A stretch of DNA of 64,000 nt from Chitinophagales bacterium (GTDB lineage: Bacteria; Bacteroidota; Bacteroidia; Chitinophagales; JADJOU01). The notes under the pieces were generated by a model, which was not told the DNA's origin, did no database searches, and was given only the letters and a program-made list of their open reading frames with translations. Each line of letters begins with the position of its first letter. Within the stretch, counting starts at the first letter, position 1. The position numbers and the translations under genes were made by a program. The stretch is from positions 5,608 to 69,607 of the forward strand of contig JBEIDU010000002.1 in assembly GCA_040383345.1 (NCBI GenBank), in the 5' to 3' direction. This document shows, in pieces, positions 8,588 through 17,348 of this stretch.

Positions 8588-11266
8588 ATGAGTAACAATT
8601 TGATTTACATTTTTCCATTTTTTGGAATAGCCGCGTTGATTTATATGTACTTTCTATCGGTATGGGTAAAGAAACAAGACGCTGGAGACAGCAAAATGAA
8701 GGAGATAGCAGATAATATTGCAGAAGGCGCTATGGCATTTTTGAATGCAGAGTATCGTATTTTGGCAGTATTTGTAGTAATTGCAGGTATTTTATTGGGA
8801 ATTTTATCTCAAGTAGTGGAAACATCACATTGGTTAATTGTTGTAGCTTTTGTTATTGGAGCTATTTTCTCTGCAGTAGCAGGAAATATTGGTATGCGTA
8901 TTGCTACTCAAGCGAATGTAAGAACTACACAAGCCGCTAGAACGAGTTTGGCAAAAGCCTTGAAAGTTTCATTCTCTGGTGGAATGGTAATGGGATTGGG
9001 TGTTGCAGGTTTGGCTGTATTAGGACTTAGCTTTTTGTTTATTTTATTCTTTCATAAATTTATGAATGGAGAATTTAATGCACAAAATGCTCTTGAAATG
9101 ACTAAAGTATTGGAAGTATTAGCAGGATTTTCGTTAGGTGCTGAATCTATTGCATTGTTTGCAAGAGTAGGTGGCGGTATTTATACAAAAGCGGCTGACG
9201 TAGGAGCGGACTTAGTTGGAAAAGTTGAGGCTGGAATTCCAGAGGATGATCCTCGTAACCCTGCAACTATTGCAGACAACGTAGGAGACAACGTAGGAGA
9301 CGTAGCAGGAATGGGTGCGGATTTATTTGGTTCGTATGTAGCTACCGTTTTGGCAGCGATGGTATTAGGAAATTATTTATTACAAAATCCAGCAAATGCA
9401 GGAATTTTCCAAGGATTTATGAATATTGGACCTATATTATTACCTATTGCAATTGCAGCAGTTGGTATCGTATGGTCAATTGTAGGTGGATGGCTAGTAA
9501 GTGTAAAAGATGACAATGGCGATGTACAAAAAGCGTTGAACATTGGAAACTGGGTTTCATTGATTTTGACCTTGATTACAGTTTATGGACTTATCAAATG
9601 GATGTTGCCAGTAGAAATGAATATGGCATTCTTTGGTGAAGAAAATAGAATGGTAACAAGCAATGGCGTATTTATTTCTACAATTATAGGTATGATTGTA
9701 GGCGCTGTTATTTCTTCAATTACGGAGTATTATACAGGAACAGGAACTAAACCAGTACTTGGAGTAGTTAGGCAGTCTGCTACAGGTGCAGCTACCAATA
9801 TTATTGCTGGATTGTCATTAGGAATGATGAGTACTTGGATGCCAATTGTATTGTTTGCTGCGGCTATAGTAGGTTCGTACCATTTTGCAGGATTCTATGG
9901 TGTAGCAATTGCTGCGGGTGCTATGATGGCTACTACAGCGATGCAATTAGCTATTGATGCTTTTGGACCTATTGCAGATAATGCAGGCGGTATTGCAGAA
10001 ATGAGTGGATTGCCAGAAGAAGTAAGAGGAAGAACAGATATTTTAGATTCAGTAGGAAATACTACTGCGGCTATAGGAAAAGGATTTGCTATTGCCTCGG
10101 CTGCATTGACTGCGTTAGCTTTGTTTGCTGCATATGTAACGTTTACAGGTATCGATGGTATTAATATTTTCAAAGCAGATGTTTTAGCGGCATTGTTTAT
10201 TGGTGCTATGATTCCAGTTGTTTTCTCTGCATTGGCAATGAGTAGTGTAGGAAAAGCTGCAATGGATATGGTTCAAGAAGTAAGAAGACAATTTAGAGAA
10301 ATTCCAGGTATTATGGAAGGAACGGCTAAACCAGAATATGGCAAATGTGTTGCTATCTCTACAAAAGCTGCATTGAGAGAAATGATGTTGCCAGGTTTAA
10401 TTACAATTGTTACACCTATTTTAGTGGGTGTAATTATGGGCCCTGAAGCATTAGGTGCTTATATGGCAGGTGTAACGGTTTCGGGTGTACTTTGGGCTAT
10501 TTTCCAAAACAACGCTGGTGGAGCTTGGGATAATGCAAAAAAATCTTTTGAAAAAGGTGTAGAAATTAATGGTGAAACAGTATACAAAGGTTCTGATGCA
10601 CATAAAGCAGCGGTAACGGGTGATACAGTAGGAGATCCATTCAAAGATACGTCTGGACCATCTATGAATATATTGATTAAATTGACATCATTGGTTGGTT
10701 TGACCATTGCGCCATTGATTGGATTGAAAGAGCATAATATGCCTGCTTTGCCAGAAACAAATGCACAAGTAGTCGAATTTAAAAATAATTTTGGAGAAAG
10801 TTTAGGTGCTGCTCTCAATATTACATTGCCAAATGGTGTTAGTTTTGATATTCCAGAAAAAGGTGTAGAAAATAAATTGTTCAATTTTTTGAGTAATTCT
10901 GCTATGATGGTTAATGATACTATATCATTTGATTTAGATAGAATAAGCTTTATATCAAGAAGTATAGAATTAGATTCTTCATCTAACAACCAGATAGAAT
11001 ACCTTGCTAATATGATGGTAGCTTATCAATCTTCAGAATTTAAAATTGAAGGATTTACGGATAATTCAGGCGATAAAAATGCTGATTTGAAATTGTCTTC
11101 CGAAAGAGCTAATTTTGTAATGAATGCTTTGATTGAAAAAGGTATTGCAAAAGAAAGATTAAAAGCAGAAGGATTTGGAGATACAAATCCATCATGTCCT
11201 GCAAACGATACGGAAGATTGTAAAAGCAGAAACAGAAGAATTTCATTGAAAGTATTAAAAAAATAA
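8588..11266 (+). CDS. hppA: Membrane-bound pyrophosphatase (A-type, K+-dependent-family signature) fused to a C-terminal OmpA-like domain
   Basis: Motifs [49 protein letters not shown] and NILIKL. The core ends near residue 712 (about nt 10723), and about 180 further residues follow with no stop. Confidence 0.9.
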   Translation: MSNNLIYIFPFFGIAALIYMYFLSVWVKKQDAGDSKMKEIADNIAEGAMAFLNAEYRILAVFVVIAGILLGILSQVVETSHWLIVVAFVIGAIFSAVAGNIGMRIATQANVRTTQAARTSLAKALKVSFSGGMVMGLGVAGLAVLGLSFLFILFFHKFMNGEFNAQNALEMTKVLEVLAGFSLGAESIALFARVGGGIYTKAADVGADLVGKVEAGIPEDDPRNPATIADNVGDNVGDVAGMGADLFGSYVATVLAAMVLGNYLLQNPANAGIFQGFMNIGPILLPIAIAAVGIVWSIVGGWLVSVKDDNGDVQKALNIGNWVSLILTLITVYGLIKWMLPVEMNMAFFGEENRMVTSNGVFISTIIGMIVGAVISSITEYYTGTGTKPVLGVVRQSATGAATNIIAGLSLGMMSTWMPIVLFAAAIVGSYHFAGFYGVAIAAGAMMATTAMQLAIDAFGPIADNAGGIAEMSGLPEEVRGRTDILDSVGNTTAAIGKGFAIASAALTALALFAAYVTFTGIDGINIFKADVLAALFIGAMIPVVFSALAMSSVGKAAMDMVQEVRRQFREIPGIMEGTAKPEYGKCVAISTKAALREMMLPGLITIVTPILVGVIMGPEALGAYMAGVTVSGVLWAIFQNNAGGAWDNAKKSFEKGVEINGETVYKGSDAHKAAVTGDTVGDPFKDTSGPSMNILIKLTSLVGLTIAPLIGLKEHNMPALPETNAQVVEFKNNFGESLGAALNITLPNGVSFDIPEKGVENKLFNFLSNSAMMVNDTISFDLDRISFISRSIELDSSSNNQIEYLANMMVAYQSSEFKIEGFTDNSGDKNADLKLSSERANFVMNALIEKGIAKERLKAEGFGDTNPSCPANDTEDCKSRNRRISLKVLKK
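10928..11263 (+). other. OmpA_C-like peptidoglycan-binding domain at the C-terminus of HppA
   Basis: FDLDRISF...[49 protein letters not shown]...NRRISLKV fits the OmpA/MotB C-terminal pattern (TDxxG...N..LS..RA...GxG...NRR). Confidence 0.75.
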
Positions 11267-11288
11267 TCATAGAAATATAAAAAATGTT

Positions 11289-11317
11289 AAGGCGGTTGAT
11301 TTTTCAGCCGCCTTTTT
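11289..11317 (+). terminator. Intrinsic terminator after hppA
   Basis: Stem aaggcggttga / tcagccgcctt (one G-U pair), loop tttt, followed by a T-run. Confidence 0.7.
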
Positions 11318-11349
11318 ACATTAAAATAAGAGAAAGAAATCTTTTTAAT

Positions 11350-11357
11350 TAACTTTG
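11350..11357 (+). promoter_or_regulatory. -7 box TAacTTTG upstream of rfbA
   Basis: TAnnTTTG match 22 nt before ATG 11379. Confidence 0.5.
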
Positions 11358-11378
11358 CCTAGAAAATAAAAATATAAA

Positions 11379-12248
11379 ATGAAAGGAATTATATTAGCTG
11401 GAGGATCCGGCACTCGTTTATATCCTATTACATATGCTATCAGCAAACAAATAATGCCTATCTATGACAAGCCGATGATTTATTATCCTTTGTCTACATT
11501 GTTGCTTACAGGTATTAGAGAAATTTTGATTATCTCTACACCACATGATTTGCCACAATTTGAACGATTGCTTGGCGATGGCAGTCAATTTGGATGTAAA
11601 TTAGAATATGCGGTACAAGAAGTCCCTAATGGATTGGCACAAGCTTTTGTAATTGGAGAAAAATTTATTGGAAAGGATAAATGTGCTTTGGTTTTGGGCG
11701 ATAATATTTTTTATGGTATGGGACTGGGCAAATTGCTTGAAAAAAATAATGATCCCAATGGTGGCATTATATATGCATATAGAGTTTCCGACCCAGAGCG
11801 CTATGGAGTAGTAGAATTTGATGAAAATTTTAATGTAAAATCATTGGAGGAAAAGCCTTCTCAACCCAAATCTAATTTTGCAGTTCCAGGATTGTATTTT
11901 TATGATAATGATGTGGTACAAATAGCAAAAGATTTAAAACCAAGTGCGAGAGGCGAATATGAAATTACCGATTTGAACAAAGTGTATTTGGAACGTGGCA
12001 AACTAAAAGTATCTATTTTGGATAGAGGTACGGCTTGGTTGGACACAGGTACGATAGAATCACTAATGCAAGCGTCTCAATTTGTGCAAGTGATAGAAGA
12101 GCGTCAAGGTCTAAAAATTGGGTGTATAGAAGAAATTGCGTATAGAAAAGGATTTATATCAAAAGAAAAATTGATCGAAATTGCACAGCCATTGCTTAAA
12201 AGTGGTTATGGACAATATTTGATGAATGTAGCTCATGATAAAGTTTAG
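11379..12248 (+). CDS. rfbA: Glucose-1-phosphate thymidylyltransferase
   Basis: The N-terminus [18 protein letters not shown]...[16 protein letters not shown] is the canonical RfbA/RmlA start. 289 aa. Confidence 0.95.
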   Translation: MKGIILAGGSGTRLYPITYAISKQIMPIYDKPMIYYPLSTLLLTGIREILIISTPHDLPQFERLLGDGSQFGCKLEYAVQEVPNGLAQAFVIGEKFIGKDKCALVLGDNIFYGMGLGKLLEKNNDPNGGIIYAYRVSDPERYGVVEFDENFNVKSLEEKPSQPKSNFAVPGLYFYDNDVVQIAKDLKPSARGEYEITDLNKVYLERGKLKVSILDRGTAWLDTGTIESLMQASQFVQVIEERQGLKIGCIEEIAYRKGFISKEKLIEIAQPLLKSGYGQYLMNVAHDKV

Positions 12249-12251
12249 TGT

Positions 12252-13175
12252 ATGAAATATATATTAGTAACAGGTGCTGCAGGTCAAGTAGGAAGCTGTA
12301 TGGTCGACTATTTGGTGCAGCAGCAAGATGTTTTTGTGGTGGCGGTAGATAATTTTTTGACGGGAAAGAAAGAAAATTTACCTACGGTTACTTTGCCCAA
12401 TTATAAATTCATTCAATGTGATGTCAATAATTATGAGGCTTTGAGCGGTGTGATGCTCTCGTATAAATTTGATTTTGTATTTCATTATGCGGCGGTTGTG
12501 GGTGTAAAACGAACCTTGGAACATCCATTATGGGTATTGAATGATATAAAAGGAATAGAAAATGTGTTGAATTTGTCCAAAAACACGGGCGTAGAGCGCT
12601 TTTTCTTCTCATCAAGTAGCGAAGTGTACGGCGAACCCTTTGAGCATCCACAAAACGAAAATACGACGCCTCTCAACTCCAAACTCCCTTATGCGGTAGT
12701 AAAGAATGTAGCGGAAGCTTATATTCGTTCGTATCAGAAAGAATTTGGATTGGATTATACAATATTTCGTTTTTTCAATACGTATGGCCCCAAACAAAGT
12801 GAGGATTTTGTTGTCAAGAAATTCATCAAATTGGCACTAAACAACGAAAATATTACCTTGTACGGCGATGGCAGCCAAACGCGTACATTTTGTTTTATTG
12901 ATGATAATATTCGAGCTACAGCGTCTTGTTTGTTTGATAATAAGTTTGTCAATGATACCTTGAATATTGGAAGTGATATTGAAATGACTATCAAAGAATT
13001 GGCAGAATTGGTAATAAAAGTGACAAAATCCAACTCCCAAATTGAATATTTACCCGCTTTGGAAGAAGGCGATATGACCCGTCGTAGACCCGATATTTCT
13101 AAAATGAAAACCTTGATATCCAATCAATTCACACCTTTGGAAGAGGGAATCTCAAACATAATCAAAACTTTGTAA
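12252..13175 (+). CDS. Extended-SDR NAD-dependent epimerase/dehydratase (UDP-glucuronate decarboxylase-like)
   Basis: VTGAAGQVGS Rossmann motif, DNFLTGKKENL, SSSEVYG, YxxxK (YAVVK) and GDGSQTRTFCFIDD. Confidence 0.8.
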   Translation: MKYILVTGAAGQVGSCMVDYLVQQQDVFVVAVDNFLTGKKENLPTVTLPNYKFIQCDVNNYEALSGVMLSYKFDFVFHYAAVVGVKRTLEHPLWVLNDIKGIENVLNLSKNTGVERFFFSSSSEVYGEPFEHPQNENTTPLNSKLPYAVVKNVAEAYIRSYQKEFGLDYTIFRFFNTYGPKQSEDFVVKKFIKLALNNENITLYGDGSQTRTFCFIDDNIRATASCLFDNKFVNDTLNIGSDIEMTIKELAELVIKVTKSNSQIEYLPALEEGDMTRRRPDISKMKTLISNQFTPLEEGISNIIKTL

Positions 13176-13177
13176 AA

Positions 13178-13537
13178 ATGCAATCGTCCAATCTCCACAT
13201 TGCAGAAAAATGGTTTGAGGCATTTAATGTACAGGATTTAGAAGCCCTTTTGGCTTTGTATGATGATAATGCACAACATTATAGCCCCAAGCTCTTAATC
13301 ACTAAGCCCGAAACAAAAGGATTGATTCAAGGGAAATCCCAACTACGCGCTTGGTGGCAAGATGCTTTTGAGCGTATGCCCGAGCTTCATTATGAAGTTA
13401 TAAATTTACTCGCCAACGATACTGATGTATTTATGGAATATTTACGCCAAAACCCTGGTGATACAGGCCTACGAGTAGGCGAAACCTTAAAAATAGAAAA
13501 GGGCTTGATTGTGGCTTCTAGAGTTTTTCATTCGTAG
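13178..13537 (+). CDS. NTF2/SnoaL-like small protein
   Basis: 119 aa. The pattern AEKWFEAFNVQDLEALLALYDDNA is typical of SnoaL-like folds. The assignment is tentative. Confidence 0.55.
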   Translation: MQSSNLHIAEKWFEAFNVQDLEALLALYDDNAQHYSPKLLITKPETKGLIQGKSQLRAWWQDAFERMPELHYEVINLLANDTDVFMEYLRQNPGDTGLRVGETLKIEKGLIVASRVFHS

Positions 13538-13584
13538 AGAATTTAATACTATTAAAGCTGTCAAAAAAGAAATCTATACGAGTA

Positions 13585-14772
13585 TTAAATCACGCCAAGT
13601 TTTTTCCCTACTTTGGTAAATGCGGCTACGCAATCCATAATATTTTGCGTGGAATGTCCCGCTGAGATTTGTACACGGATTCGCGCTTTACCTTTGGGAA
13701 CTACAGGGTAGAAAAATCCAATGACATAGATGCCTTCTGCCAAAAGTTCTTCGGCAAAGGTCTGCGCCAGCTTGGCATCGTACAACATTACGGGCGTGAT
13801 AGGGTGTATCCCTTCCAAAATGTCGAATCCTGCAGCTTTCATTTCGCTGCGGAATAGTTTGGTGTTGGCTTCCAGCGTGTCTCTAAGCTCGGTAGATTGG
13901 CTCAAAATCTCCAATACTTTCAAGGAAGCATTGACAATAGAAGGCATCAGCGTATTGGAGAAAAGGTAAGGACGACTGCGCTGACGAAGGAGTTCTATAA
14001 TTTCCTTGCGCCCCGATGTAAATCCTCCCGAAGCACCTCCCAAGGCTTTGCCCAATGTACCTGTAATGATGTCCATTTTACCTATTACATTGCAGTGTTC
14101 TATAGTGCCACGGCCTGTTTTACCTATAAATCCGGTGGCGTGACATTCGTCTACCATCACCATTGCTTCGTATTTTACCGCCAATTCGTGAATTTTGTCC
14201 AACTGTGCTATGTAGCCATCCATACTGAAAACGCCATCGGTAACGATGAGCTTGTTTCTACAATGCGCTGCCGCTTGTAGTTGTTTTTCAAGGTCTTCCA
14301 TATTGTTGTTCTCATATCTAAAACGTTGTGCTTTGCACAAACGAACGCCATCTATAATAGACGCGTGATTGAGACTATCCGAAATAATAGCGTCTTCCTC
14401 GCCCAAAAGCGGTTCAAAAACACCTCCATTAGCATCAAAAGCCGCCGCATATAAAATGGTATCTTCGGTGCCCAAAAATTCTGATATTTTTCGCTCCAAT
14501 TCCTTGTGAATATCTTGCGTACCGCAGATAAATCGTACCGAACTCAACCCAAAACCGTGAGAATCGATGCCGTCTTTTGCCGCTTGTACAATTTCGGGAT
14601 GCGAAGAAAGCCCCAAATAATTGTTTGCACAAAAATTCAATACTTTTTTGCCATTAGCCACTATTTCAGCACTTTGTGGAGATGAAATAATGCGCTCTTT
14701 TTTATATAAACCTTCGCTTTCTATGGATGAAAGTTCGTTTTGAAGTTGTTTTTTGAAATTTTCTGGATACAT
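13585..14772 (-). CDS. kbl: Glycine C-acetyltransferase (2-amino-3-ketobutyrate CoA ligase)
   Basis: 395 aa alpha-oxoamine synthase: [14 protein letters not shown], and the [13 protein letters not shown] lysine motif. Confidence 0.9.
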   Translation of the reverse strand: MYPENFKKQLQNELSSIESEGLYKKERIISSPQSAEIVANGKKVLNFCANNYLGLSSHPEIVQAAKDGIDSHGFGLSSVRFICGTQDIHKELERKISEFLGTEDTILYAAAFDANGGVFEPLLGEEDAIISDSLNHASIIDGVRLCKAQRFRYENNNMEDLEKQLQAAAHCRNKLIVTDGVFSMDGYIAQLDKIHELAVKYEAMVMVDECHATGFIGKTGRGTIEHCNVIGKMDIITGTLGKALGGASGGFTSGRKEIIELLRQRSRPYLFSNTLMPSIVNASLKVLEILSQSTELRDTLEANTKLFRSEMKAAGFDILEGIHPITPVMLYDAKLAQTFAEELLAEGIYVIGFFYPVVPKGKARIRVQISAGHSTQNIMDCVAAFTKVGKKLGVI

Positions 14773-14790
14773 ATTCTATTTATTTGTTTG

Positions 14791-14798
14791 CAAAAATA
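14791..14798 (-). promoter_or_regulatory. -7 box TAttTTTG (minus strand) upstream of kbl
   Basis: Plus-strand caaaaata is TATTTTTG on the minus strand, 19 nt upstream of ATG 14772. Confidence 0.5.
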
Positions 14799-14810
14799 GA
14801 AAGATTCATT

Positions 14811-14818
14811 TATTTTTG
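14811..14818 (+). promoter_or_regulatory. -7 box TAttTTTG upstream of menF (divergent from the kbl promoter)
   Basis: TAnnTTTG match 59 nt before ATG 14877. Confidence 0.45.
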
Positions 14819-14876
14819 TACTTTTAATCCCAAAACACCTTTTTTATTTAATTATTAGATATTTTTCAGACATAAG

Positions 14877-15845
14877 ATGCCTCCAGAACCGTTAAGGGCT
14901 TTTGCTCAAATTTATAATCCCTATACGCAAGAAAATTATTTTTTTGAAGGTGCGGATTTGGGACAATCGCCTGATTTTGAATGGACTTCGTTTGATGGAA
15001 AACAGGTGCTTGGTTTTGTGAAATCCAATAAAAACGTTGCAGATTTTCACCCACCATTGGGAAAAACGTCTATGTCTACTACCTCCAAAGACGCTTATCT
15101 TGCTTATATTGACGCTATCAAAAATGCGATAGCTCAGCTGCAAATCCAAAAGGCAGTTGCGGCACGTATAATAGCGGTAGCCACCGATACGTCCCATTGG
15201 CAATCGTATTTTGAGGCACTCATTTCCTCATTTCCCGATACCTTTGTGTATGGTATCTATCATCCCCAATCGTTGTTGTGGATAGGCGCAAGCCCCGAAT
15301 TGGTGGGCTATTTGTCTGAGGGCGTTTTCAAAACCATATCGCTAGCGGGTACAATTTGGGAACAAACCCAGTTTGAATCCAAAGAACAAGGCGAGCAAGA
15401 AATTGTTACCGATTATTTGCATAAATTGTTGATTGAAAATGGTTTGTCAGTAGATTTAAAGCGTTTAGAATCAAAATCTTATGGTCAAATCAGTCATTTG
15501 ATAAATGAAATAGAGGTTTCAAATTTTGAACCGTCTCTTTTTGAAAATATCGTGTCGAAAATTCACCCAAGTCCGGCGTTATCTGGTTTTCCCAAGGACG
15601 AATCTATCCAATTTATCCAAAAAAATGAACCGATTGATAGAGTCTTTTATTCGGGGCTGGTTTCGTGGAAGATTTCAGCAACCCAAAAATTGGCATTTGC
15701 TACGATTAGATGCTTTCAAGTATTTGAAAATCAATTAATTTTTTATGTAGGTGGTGGCATTACTAAGGATTCTAATCCCGAAACGGAATTTGAAGAAACA
15801 CAACAAAAGTTTCAAACGGTTTTTGAGGCTTTGAGTTTAGAGTAA
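14877..15845 (+). CDS. menF: Isochorismate synthase (chorismate-binding enzyme)
   Basis: C-terminal HPSPALSGFP, FYSG and YVGGGITKDSNPETEFEET motifs. At 322 aa it is short, so the start is uncertain. Confidence 0.75.
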   Translation: MPPEPLRAFAQIYNPYTQENYFFEGADLGQSPDFEWTSFDGKQVLGFVKSNKNVADFHPPLGKTSMSTTSKDAYLAYIDAIKNAIAQLQIQKAVAARIIAVATDTSHWQSYFEALISSFPDTFVYGIYHPQSLLWIGASPELVGYLSEGVFKTISLAGTIWEQTQFESKEQGEQEIVTDYLHKLLIENGLSVDLKRLESKSYGQISHLINEIEVSNFEPSLFENIVSKIHPSPALSGFPKDESIQFIQKNEPIDRVFYSGLVSWKISATQKLAFATIRCFQVFENQLIFYVGGGITKDSNPETEFEETQQKFQTVFEALSLE

Positions 15846-15868
15846 AAAGGAATTTGAGACGTTGAGGG

Positions 15869-16093
15869 TTACTCTTTATTATTTCGTTTATAAAGCAAAT
15901 ATACCGTAATGAAAAAGAAAAACGGAACACTCATCATCAATACAATACCATAGTTGAGCCAATTGGCATCATCTGCGCCGTGATTGAGCGATTGTTCTGC
16001 ATTGGCTTTGCACATAGCGCATTGCGCAAAGCCCCAAATATTGAGTACGAATGAAAAAAACAAAATTAAAACGGATTTAAATACTTTTTTCAT
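15869..16093 (-). CDS. Small membrane protein with a signal peptide, a CAMC motif and a C-terminal TM helix
   Basis: 74 aa. N-terminal hydrophobic segment, QCAMCK directly after the predicted cleavage site, and a second TM helix near the C-terminus. Confidence 0.55.
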   Translation of the reverse strand: MKKVFKSVLILFFSFVLNIWGFAQCAMCKANAEQSLNHGADDANWLNYGIVLMMSVPFFFFITVYLLYKRNNKE

Positions 16094-16103
16094 TTTGTTA
16101 CAT

Positions 16104-17315
16104 TTATGAATTGTTTGATGCTGTGCGATTTGAGTATGCTTTCAATCCTTCTTCAAGGCACTTAGCTGCTTCTTCTATTTCAGATTTTTGTAATACGTAT
16201 GCTATACGAACTTCATTTTTCCCCAATCCAGGTGTTGCATAAAACCCGCCTGCTGGAGCCATCATTACGGTACTTCCGTTATAGTTGAAATGTTCAAGCA
16301 TCCATTGACAAAAATGGTCGGTATCTGCTACAGGTAGTTTGGCCATCGCATAGAATGCGCCTCCGGGTTTTGGACAGAATACACCGTCAATTTTATTGAG
16401 CAAAGAAATTAATAAATCTCTACGTTGTATATATTCGGTATTTACCGCTTCAAAATAAGATTGTGGTGTTTCTAGAGCTGCTTCGGCGGCTACTTCGCTG
16501 TATGTAGGCGAACTCAAACGGGCTTGTGCAAATTTTAATACCGTGCTCAATACGTCTTTGTTTTTGGTAATCAATGCGCCCAATCGTGCGCCACAAGCGG
16601 AATAACGTTTGCTTATACTATCTACAACTATCGCGTGATTGTTCAATTCGGGCATAGATAAGATGGATTTATGAACTTGGCCATCGTATACAAATTCTCT
16701 ATAAACTTCATCGGCAAAAAGAAATAAATCGTGTTTTAAAACAATTTCTTTCAATTGATTCAATTCCGATTCGCTGTACAAATATCCTGTAGGATTATTT
16801 GGATTGCAAATGAGGATGGCTTTTGTTTTTGAAGTGATTTTTTTCTCAAATTCTTCGATAGCTGGCAATGCAAAACCATTGTCAATATTAGAAGTAATAG
16901 GCACTACATTGATATTACCCGCAGTAGCAAATCCATTATAATTTGCATAAAATGGCTCGGGAATAATGATTTCATCGCCGGGGTCCATCGTGGCCATGAA
17001 TCCAAAAAGCAACGCTTCGCTACCTCCAGTAGTTTCTATGATTTCTGAAGCATCAATTTGCGCACCTACGCCGTGATAGTATTTAGCTAACTTGGTTCTA
17101 TATCCCTCGCTTCCTTCACTATTCAAATAACTGAGTACACTGTAATCAAAATTTTTGATAGCTGTACGAACTACTTCAGGAGTTTCAATATCGGGTTGAC
17201 CAATATTAAGATGAATTACTTTTACGCCTCTTTTTTTGGCTGCGGTAGCATAAGGTACTAGTTTTCTTATAGGACTTGGTGGCATCAGCTCACCTTTTTT
17301 ACTTACTTTTGGCAC
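16104..17315 (-). CDS. Class I/II PLP-dependent aminotransferase
   Basis: 403 aa with NPNNPTG and SKRYSACGARLG (PLP lysine) motifs. Confidence 0.9.
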   Translation of the reverse strand: MPKVSKKGELMPPSPIRKLVPYATAAKKRGVKVIHLNIGQPDIETPEVVRTAIKNFDYSVLSYLNSEGSEGYRTKLAKYYHGVGAQIDASEIIETTGGSEALLFGFMATMDPGDEIIIPEPFYANYNGFATAGNINVVPITSNIDNGFALPAIEEFEKKITSKTKAILICNPNNPTGYLYSESELNQLKEIVLKHDLFLFADEVYREFVYDGQVHKSILSMPELNNHAIVVDSISKRYSACGARLGALITKNKDVLSTVLKFAQARLSSPTYSEVAAEAALETPQSYFEAVNTEYIQRRDLLISLLNKIDGVFCPKPGGAFYAMAKLPVADTDHFCQWMLEHFNYNGSTVMMAPAGGFYATPGLGKNEVRIAYVLQKSEIEEAAKCLEEGLKAYSNRTASNNS

Positions 17316-17348
17316 AATGATTAATTTTAAAAAATTAAAAACAAATTT

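Noticed and set aside
10459-10989. Long antisense ORFs inside well-supported genes
   Set aside because: Examples are 10459-10989, 9895-10173, 60741-61223, 62248-62802, 48941-49417, 47770-48129, 25036-25419, 12755-13123 and 13897-14280. Each lies entirely within, and opposite to, a CDS with strong family motifs. Their translations are low-complexity and carry no recognisable motif. These are typical shadow ORFs.
12252-13175. The SDR gene as the SDR-type L-threonine dehydrogenase partner of the nearby kbl
   Set aside because: The GAAGQVGS motif is reminiscent of such enzymes. However, DNFLTGKKENL, SSSEVYG and GDGSQTRTFCFIDD are hallmarks of UXS-type and other sugar-nucleotide extended SDRs. 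The gene also follows rfbA directly and lies on the opposite strand from kbl.
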